Positions 57,749 through 64,000 of a stretch of 64,000 bases of DNA are shown here, piece after piece. The DNA is from Deltaproteobacteria bacterium (GTDB lineage: Bacteria > Myxococcota > UBA727 > JABDBI01). Each line of letters begins with the position of its first letter. The stretch's first letter is position 1. The DNA lies in contig CP066680.1 of NCBI GenBank assembly GCA_016432245.1, positions 174,303 to 238,302 of the forward strand, written 5' to 3'. Under the pieces are notes generated by a model. The model saw only the letters and a program-made list of their open reading frames with translations. It searched no databases and was not told the origin of the DNA. A program made the translations under genes and the position numbers.

Positions 57749-58138
57749 TTATCTCTTAGAATATTGAAATTTCTTTCTTGCACCAGACTGCCCATATTTT
57801 TTTCGCTCTACCATTCGAGAATCCCTTGTTAATAATTTATATTTTTTTAGCAATACTCTATAATTCTTTTCATTTATTTCACTTAAAGCTTTTGCAATCC
57901 CTCCCCGAATAGCTTCTGCTTGCCCTGTTGTTCCTCCTCCTTTTACCCAGGCATATATATTATACTTTCGCATAACATTACAAAGTATAAGTGGTTGTTG
58001 TACAGCATCCCGTAAAACTATACGATCAAAATAATTTTTTATTGCTTTTCCATTTACAAATATAATACCTGTTCCTGTTTTTACCCAAACTTTAGCTGCT
58101 GATGTTTTTCTCCTACCCGTTGCATATGTTGTGGACAT
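57749..58138 (-). CDS. rpsI: 30S ribosomal protein S9
   Basis: GRRKTSAAKVWV...GGGTTGQAEAIRGGIAKAL...RKKYGQSGARKKFQYSKR. Confidence 0.95.
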   Translation of the reverse strand: MSTTYATGRRKTSAAKVWVKTGTGIIFVNGKAIKNYFDRIVLRDAVQQPLILCNVMRKYNIYAWVKGGGTTGQAEAIRGGIAKALSEINEKNYRVLLKKYKLLTRDSRMVERKKYGQSGARKKFQYSKR

Positions 58139-58521
58139 TACGATTTACTCCTTTCAACTCTTAATCTCTTAATCATTTTATCTCCTAATTTCCCTTTTGG
58201 CAACATCCCCTTTACCGCTAAGTATAAAATCCTTTCTGGAAATTTTACTCTAAGTTCAAATGGGGTTGTTTTATATATTCCCCCAGGAAATCCACTATGC
58301 CTCCAGTATATCTTTTCTTTTTCTTTTTTTCCTGTAAATTTCACCTTCTCTGCATTATATACAATAATGTTACTATCATAATTTTTACCATAGCAAAAAT
58401 CTACCCTATCTTTTCCCATTAAAAGAACAGCAATTTGAGAAGCCAACCGTCCCACTACTTGGTCAGAAGCATCTATCAATATCCTATTTTTTTGTAACCT
58501 TTGAAAATTAGCATCTTGCAT
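58138..58521 (-). CDS. rplM: 50S ribosomal protein L13
   Basis: IDASDQVVGRLASQIAVLLMGK...AVKGMLPK. Overlaps rpsI by 1 nt. Confidence 0.95.
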   Translation of the reverse strand: MQDANFQRLQKNRILIDASDQVVGRLASQIAVLLMGKDRVDFCYGKNYDSNIIVYNAEKVKFTGKKEKEKIYWRHSGFPGGIYKTTPFELRVKFPERILYLAVKGMLPKGKLGDKMIKRLRVERSKS

Positions 58522-58598
58522 ATAAACTTTTATCCTTTTCTGTTTTTTAAATTTAAGACGGCTTAAAATAATCTATGACATTAAAAAAACTACTATAA

Positions 58599-58626
58599 AG
58601 AATAAATATCGAAAACCCCTTGTCAA
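58599..58626 (-). promoter_or_regulatory. Candidate promoter for rplM-rpsI
   Basis: The minus strand reads TTGACA (58626..58621), 16-nt spacer, TATTCT (58604..58599). The -35 element lies in the palindrome CTTGTCAAG, which reads TTGTCA on the + strand toward rsmH. Confidence 0.4.
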
Positions 58627-58659
58627 GATTATTTACTCTTACATATTTAAGAAATATGT

Positions 58660-59535
58660 ATGTTGAATCATTTAACAATTGGCTTAAACCTTAATGTTGA
58701 AAAACATCTAAACATTAAATCAGGTTGCTTGGTGGCTGACATTACAACCGGTAATGGAGGACACTTGGAAAGATTTGCTCACTCTGTCGGTCCTACTGGT
58801 TTAGTTATCGCTCTCGACCAAGATGCTAGATGCCTACAAAGCTATTCTGCAGCAGGCGTTGCATTAAAACATTCAAACATATTCCTTTATAATACCTGCT
58901 TTTTAAATATTTTTTCAATTCTACATTTTCTAAATGTTAAGGAACTAGACGCTGTTTTTGCTGATCTTGGATTTTCCTCTCCACAAATAGATAATCCTGC
59001 ACGTGGCTTTTCATTTTTACAAGATGGTCCACTAGATATGCGTATGAATAAAGATAAAGGCCTTACTGCATTTGAGCTAATTAATAAATCAAATGTTTCT
59101 GAATTAGCACAATTGCTATATAAATATGGAAATGAACCTTTTGCTTATAAAATAGCACGAAAAATAAAATCAGAGAAGTATTTCCCGAATTCTACACATG
59201 CATTAGCCTCATTAATTTGTAAAATTTACACTAAACCATGCAATCACCACCCTGCTACAAAAAGCTTTCAAGCTCTTCGAATTGCTGTAAATCAAGAAAC
59301 TGAAAAACTCACTTCCCTTTTTAAAAAAATTCCAAAAATTATAAAAACAAAAGGTCTTTTAGGCATTTTATCTTTTCATAGTATCGAAGATCAACTTATC
59401 AAAAAACATTTTCATCAGAATAAAATTCTATGGCGTTTAAAACTAAAACTAAAAATAAACACCCATACTAAAGATATTGAAAAAAATCCAAGAGCACGCT
59501 GTGCAACACTTAGAATATTTCAAAAATTGATATAA
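58660..59535 (+). CDS. rsmH: 16S rRNA m4C1402 methyltransferase RsmH/MraW
   Basis: DITTGNGGHLE, DLGFSSPQID and SFHSIEDQLIK blocks. First gene of the dcw-type block; no mraZ upstream. Confidence 0.85.
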   Translation: MLNHLTIGLNLNVEKHLNIKSGCLVADITTGNGGHLERFAHSVGPTGLVIALDQDARCLQSYSAAGVALKHSNIFLYNTCFLNIFSILHFLNVKELDAVFADLGFSSPQIDNPARGFSFLQDGPLDMRMNKDKGLTAFELINKSNVSELAQLLYKYGNEPFAYKIARKIKSEKYFPNSTHALASLICKIYTKPCNHHPATKSFQALRIAVNQETEKLTSLFKKIPKIIKTKGLLGILSFHSIEDQLIKKHFHQNKILWRLKLKLKINTHTKDIEKNPRARCATLRIFQKLI

Positions 59536-59549
59536 AAGCCTGATTCCTT

Positions 59550-59813
59550 ATGAAATTAAAATCATCTATATATTGGGTATACTTTTCTATTATTTGTTTT
59601 TTTTTTACGCAATCTATTCTTGAAATTCCTGTTCAAAAACTAAAACTGTCAAAAATAAACCAAATTCAAATAAAAAACCACTATAAAATATCTCTTTTAG
59701 ATATACAAAAAGCGCTTTTATTCTCCCCTGAAAGAATATACTACTTTTCTACCTGTCATCTCGAATTTGCTTCATTGCTTAACTTGCCTTATATATGTAT
59801 TCAACAAATATAA
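59550..59813 (+). CDS. ftsL: Cell division protein FtsL (candidate)
   Basis: 87 aa with a single N-terminal TM helix, then a coiled-coil-like segment and an SPERI motif. Occupies the canonical slot between rsmH and ftsI. Confidence 0.55.
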   Translation: MKLKSSIYWVYFSIICFFFTQSILEIPVQKLKLSKINQIQIKNHYKISLLDIQKALLFSPERIYYFSTCHLEFASLLNLPYICIQQI

Positions 59814-61459
59814 AACTTCGTTTTTTTTCGCTACTTTTTGGACTAAGCTTAACCATTTTAGCCTCCTTTATTCCAATTATAAAAATTTTACAAAACAGTA
59901 CATCATACGAAGCTATTTACGAATCTCAATTTCTAAAATATATTTATTTCAACGGCTCTCGTGGAAGCATTCTAGATCGCAATGGCAATATACTAGCAAC
60001 AAATATGCTTGCGCGCTCTTTTAATACGCACCCTGAACAAGAACCACTTTTTAAAAGATCAAAAAATTTATTAGATTCGATTTCCTCATTATCTGATTTA
60101 CATATTATTCGACACAATAAAAATCCTTCAAAATTGTCTATCTATACATATAACCATCAAAACATGAATTTCTCAAAAAATATTCAAGTAACAAAATTTA
60201 AACCTCACAAAAACTTAAAACGCATTTATCCTTTTCATGGTCTTCTTGGACAATCATTAGGATCAGTTAACCTTGATAATCTTCCCTTAAATGGGTTTGA
60301 AAAAACTTTTCATTTTTATCTTAATTCATTTCGCTCCTTTCTAATTCCATCTCTTATTAATTCAAAAAAATCTAAATTCAACAATTGTACAGCTCCCCTT
60401 CCATATGACCTGAAAGCTCCAGATTTATGGCTTACTATCAATTCAAATATTCAATTTATAACAGAATCTATACTTCAAAAAACGATTGAGCAATTTAATG
60501 CAGCTGGAGGGTGGGCTATTGTCATGCTCACCACTTCTGGAGAAATTCTTGCAATAGCAAATGCACCTTGCATTAATCCAAATAATTCGAGCCAATCTTA
60601 TGAAAATGATTTGAGAAATTCATCTCTAGCAAGGTCATTCGAACCCGGTTCTATATTTAAAATCGTCACAATGGCTGCCAACCTAGAAAATGATCTATCC
60701 GATCCTGATTTTAAAATATATTGTGAGAACGGATTGTTAAATGTTAATAATATTCAAATAAAAGACGTCTCTTCTAAGCAATGGTTAAGCCGCACTGAAA
60801 TTTTCAAATATTCAAGCAACATTGGATCTTTTAAACTCGCTGAAAGAATTGGGGAAAAAGTTCTATATGAATATATCCACAAATTAGGATTTGGAAAATA
60901 CATTTTAGACATACCACATAGTGAAGAAGCTCGTGGCTCAGTTCCCAAAATTAAAGAATGGAATTTTGCTAGATTTGCAAATATTAGTTATGGCTATGGA
61001 CTAACCACAACATCATTACAGCTCTTAAATATGATCAATAGCATCGCAAACAATGGGATCCAAATTCCTCCAAAAATTCTAAAACAAATATCATCATCAA
61101 ATAATGTAAAAAAAATTAATCCTATTTCTGCTTCAAGAAAAAGAATCTTAACAGAACAAGCAGCTTTAAATATTAAAAACATGATGTTAGAAGTAGTTAA
61201 AAATGGAAGTGGAAAAAGAGCATACACTGAAGGCTTACTAATCGCTGGAAAAACAGGTACTGTTGAAAAAGTATTGAATAAAAGTTATAATAAAACTTTA
61301 AATATCAGTTCTTTTGCAGGTTTTGCGCCAGCATTTTCCCCAATCGTTTCGGCTCTTATTTGTATTGACGAACCTAAACCACAAGCGTTTGGTGGAATTG
61401 TAGCAGCACCTGCTTGGAAAGAAATTATCGAGCTAACCCTCTTAGAGTTAGGCTCCTAA
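59795..61459 (+). CDS. ftsI: Peptidoglycan D,D-transpeptidase FtsI (class B PBP)
   Basis: N-terminal TM anchor, and SxxK (GSIFK), SxN (YSSNIG) and KTG (GKTGT) active-site motifs. Confidence 0.85.
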   Translation: MYSTNIKLRFFSLLFGLSLTILASFIPIIKILQNSTSYEAIYESQFLKYIYFNGSRGSILDRNGNILATNMLARSFNTHPEQEPLFKRSKNLLDSISSLSDLHIIRHNKNPSKLSIYTYNHQNMNFSKNIQVTKFKPHKNLKRIYPFHGLLGQSLGSVNLDNLPLNGFEKTFHFYLNSFRSFLIPSLINSKKSKFNNCTAPLPYDLKAPDLWLTINSNIQFITESILQKTIEQFNAAGGWAIVMLTTSGEILAIANAPCINPNNSSQSYENDLRNSSLARSFEPGSIFKIVTMAANLENDLSDPDFKIYCENGLLNVNNIQIKDVSSKQWLSRTEIFKYSSNIGSFKLAERIGEKVLYEYIHKLGFGKYILDIPHSEEARGSVPKIKEWNFARFANISYGYGLTTTSLQLLNMINSIANNGIQIPPKILKQISSSNNVKKINPISASRKRILTEQAALNIKNMMLEVVKNGSGKRAYTEGLLIAGKTGTVEKVLNKSYNKTLNISSFAGFAPAFSPIVSALICIDEPKPQAFGGIVAAPAWKEIIELTLLELGS

Positions 61460-61504
61460 ATATGTCATTTCTAGGTATTTCTTTCAATAAAGACCGCACA
61501 CATT

Positions 61505-62914
61505 ATGCACTTAATTTATCCGCTTAATACTCTATCCTATAAGATAGGACGACAACCTTTAATTCAAAATTCTTATACTTCAACAAATATAAAAATATTC
61601 ATTGCATTTGCGAGCCTCACTCACCAATATTCGGATGGGCACCAATATATAGCATCCATTAAAAATAAATGTTTTGGTTTAATTATTGAAAATCCAACAT
61701 ACACTCTAAAGAAAAATCTTCCTATCTGGATCTCTTTTTGTACTCGTCTCACTTTAGCACTTTTAGTAGAAGATTTTTTTAATTACCCTTCTCATAACGT
61801 TCGTATTTGGGGCATCTCCGGTACGAAAGGAAAAACTACAAGTTCTTTTTTGCTCTCTTCTATATGTCAGGCGTTAAATCTGAAAGTTGGCCTAATTGGA
61901 ACTCTTGGCTATGGAACTCTTCAAAAGCTAAATCCATTATTTTATACTACTCCTGATGCAGAAAGCCTAAGTCGCATATTGTCATTGCTGAAATTTAAAC
62001 AATTTTCGGATATCACCTTAGAAATATCTTCTCATGCCCTTGTGTCTTTTCGAATACACGGACTCTCTCTTTACTCTGTTTGTTTGCTAAATTTTGATCA
62101 TGACCACTTAGATTTCCATAAACATATATTTAAGTATATGAATGCAAAAAAAATACTATTTAAATATTTTTCATCTTGCAACTTACCTGTCATTCAAAAT
62201 TCTTCTTTGCTGTCATTTTTTTCACCTTCAAAATCACTATCGTTTGGATTCTCCAAATTTGTAAATTTTTACCCTTCAAAAATCTCAAACTCAAACACTG
62301 GAACATCCTTTGAATTGAATGCTTTTAATAAAAAAATGAAAATATCTTCACAAACCTTAGGAAAATTTAATATAGAAAATGTTTTATGTGTATCTGGGAT
62401 GCTTTTAGCCTCTGGATTTCATTTACATCATATTTCTATGCTATCCAAAACAGCATCTCCTCTTGGTCGACTAGAAAAAATATACACACATCCTGCTATC
62501 TTTGTAGATTTTGCACACTCACCAAACTCTCTAAAGTTCACACTTTTATCTTTACATAGATGCTTTAAAAGAAAGATTATTCTAATTTTTGGATGTGGTG
62601 GCAATCGAGACAAGAACAAACGCAAGCTAATGACATCTATCGCTTCTAAATATGCAAATATTTCTATTATTACCATGGATAATCCAAGAGGAGAAGCTCC
62701 TCATAAAATATTCAAAGACATGAATATTCCACAAAGCTCAATTAAAATAAAAAACAGACAACTTGCCATTTCTTATGCTATAAACGCCGCATCAAATAAT
62801 GATATCATATTAATTGCAGGCAAAGGTCATGAAAAAATTCAACATATAAAAAACAAACAAATCATTTGTAATGATGCACGCATTGCCTATGTTAATGTAC
62901 TCGACAGATACTAG
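61505..62914 (+). CDS. murE: UDP-N-acetylmuramoyl-tripeptide synthetase (MurE)
   Basis: Mur-ligase P-loop GISGTKGKTTSSFLL and a DNPRGEAP C-terminal block. Position after ftsI. The amino acid added cannot be read from the sequence alone. Confidence 0.85.
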   Translation: MHLIYPLNTLSYKIGRQPLIQNSYTSTNIKIFIAFASLTHQYSDGHQYIASIKNKCFGLIIENPTYTLKKNLPIWISFCTRLTLALLVEDFFNYPSHNVRIWGISGTKGKTTSSFLLSSICQALNLKVGLIGTLGYGTLQKLNPLFYTTPDAESLSRILSLLKFKQFSDITLEISSHALVSFRIHGLSLYSVCLLNFDHDHLDFHKHIFKYMNAKKILFKYFSSCNLPVIQNSSLLSFFSPSKSLSFGFSKFVNFYPSKISNSNTGTSFELNAFNKKMKISSQTLGKFNIENVLCVSGMLLASGFHLHHISMLSKTASPLGRLEKIYTHPAIFVDFAHSPNSLKFTLLSLHRCFKRKIILIFGCGGNRDKNKRKLMTSIASKYANISIITMDNPRGEAPHKIFKDMNIPQSSIKIKNRQLAISYAINAASNNDIILIAGKGHEKIQHIKNKQIICNDARIAYVNVLDRY

Positions 62915-64000
62915 ATCTTTAGTAAGAAAACACATATTTATTGCTCTTAAAGGAAAAACAAACGGTCATAAATTTTTAGCACAAGCACTTCAGTTGGGCT
63001 CTATTGCATTTTTATCTGAGAAAAAACAACAGATTAATAATATTATTGTAGTAAAAAATACTTTAATAGCAATGATTTACACTGCATCCAACTTTATAAA
63101 ACAATCAATAAATCAAAGAATTGCTATCACTGGTTCTAATGGAAAATCTTGCGTTAAAAGTTTGGTATTTTTAATTTTAAAAAATTGTTCTTCTATAGAA
63201 TCTGTATTTGCTATTCCGAAAAATTACAATAATTACATTGGATTTTCCAAATCGATTTACTCTATATCTCATAAGAAAAAACAAGCAATTTTTGAACTTG
63301 GAATGAACCATACTGGTGAAATTAAAACCTTATCAACTATTTTAAATCCAACTATTGCTTCCATTACATCAATTGGCAATGCTCATTCTAAAAACTTTTC
63401 TAAATACCTTGATATCATAAAAGCAAAAATGGAACTTTTTGACTCACTACCTAATAAATGTATTGAAATCGTCAATATAAACTCAAATACAATTAAATCA
63501 AGATGTAAAAACAATACTAATTGCAAAATTTTTACTTTTGGAAAATTACCATGGGTAGATATTCAATATATGCATCTAAACAAATTATTTATTGTAATTT
63601 TTCAAAATAAATTCTCGAAGATAAATTTCCCCTTAAATAACATACACATTTTTGAAAATTCTATAAACGCCCTTTCAATTAGCCTCTCTATTGGAATTGA
63701 TTTTGCTCTCGCATCCAAATGTTTAGAATATGCATTGCCAATTCCTGGTAGGATTTTCCCTATATTTCTTTATAATAATATAATTATTCTTGACGATTCT
63801 TATAACTCAAGTCCAGAGTCTATCCGTGTAGGCATAAAAACACTAACATTTATTAACGCAAAACGCCACATCCTTATATTAGGGCCAATTGCAGAATCTC
63901 AACCCAATTACATGAAATCAATAATCGAATCTATCCAACATTCAAATATTCACATTTCTATATTTTTTAATATTTCTTTAAAAAATATCTCAAGCAAAAT
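62889..64000 (+). CDS. murF: UDP-N-acetylmuramoyl-tripeptide--D-alanyl-D-alanine ligase, 3' end outside the window
   Basis: Not in the ORF track because it runs off the window. The frame is open from ATG 62889 to nt 64000: MLMYSTDTRSLVRKHIFIALKGKTNGHKF..., ITGSNGKSCVKS, ELGMNHTGEI, DDSYNSSPES. It overlaps murE by 26 nt. The N-terminal ~25 aa usually preceding the DSR-type motif are missing. Confidence 0.85.
   Translation, partial: MLMYSTDTRSLVRKHIFIALKGKTNGHKFLAQALQLGSIAFLSEKKQQINNIIVVKNTLIAMIYTASNFIKQSINQRIAITGSNGKSCVKSLVFLILKNCSSIESVFAIPKNYNNYIGFSKSIYSISHKKKQAIFELGMNHTGEIKTLSTILNPTIASITSIGNAHSKNFSKYLDIIKAKMELFDSLPNKCIEIVNINSNTIKSRCKNNTNCKIFTFGKLPWVDIQYMHLNKLFIVIFQNKFSKINFPLNNIHIFENSINALSISLSIGIDFALASKCLEYALPIPGRIFPIFLYNNIIILDDSYNSSPESIRVGIKTLTFINAKRHILILGPIAESQPNYMKSIIESIQHSNIHISIFFNISLKNISSK

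Noticed and set aside
61462-61527. Alternate-frame mini-ORF MSFLGISFNKDRTHYALNLSA upstream of and overlapping the murE start, vaguely like the Mur-ligase DSR region, suggesting a frameshifted murE N-terminus.
   Set aside because: The tracked murE frame already contains its own equivalent region (NSYTSTNIKIFIAFAS...DGHQYI). The resemblance is a few residues only.

Overview
Gene-dense, strongly AT-rich 64-kb stretch of a small bacterial chromosome; the features below cover roughly 90-95% of it. The genetic code is standard: TGA ends rpoC, rplT and asnS at conserved C-termini. Content is almost entirely core housekeeping. It includes rpoB-rpoC, seven aminoacyl-tRNA synthetase genes (tyrS, pheST, asnS, aspS, serS), r-protein genes, infC, frr, pyrH, secY, ftsH, grpE, an Hsp20-family gene, htrA, the GTPases obg, der and mnmE, and tRNA/rRNA modification genes. 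It also holds a split dcw cell-wall cluster (mraY-murD-ftsW on the minus strand; rsmH-ftsL-ftsI-murE-murF on the plus strand), murI, lgt, tatA/tatC, fumC and System II cytochrome c biogenesis (ccsB/ccsA). RNA genes read directly from the sequence are ten tRNAs, a one-piece tmRNA and a type-A RNase P RNA. I found no mobile element, CRISPR array, rRNA or obvious defence or accessory island, and no clear novel multi-gene system. The points worth a second look are genome-reduction oddities. They include an in-frame TGA plus imperfect duplication at the ftsW 5' end, a polymerase-domain-only PolA remnant, and a roughly 225-aa acidic insertion and acidic tail in RpoB. Others are a PNPase without S1, a PheT without its OB domain, a degraded LarC-like ORF, an ABC half-transporter with an odd N-terminal domain, an A16 tract in serS, a (TCTA)5 microsatellite and an apparent window-wide C>G bias on the plus strand. 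Taxonomy cannot be assigned from this window. The one-piece tmRNA and System II Ccs argue (by inference) against Alphaproteobacteria, and the envelope genes indicate a Gram-negative-type cell.
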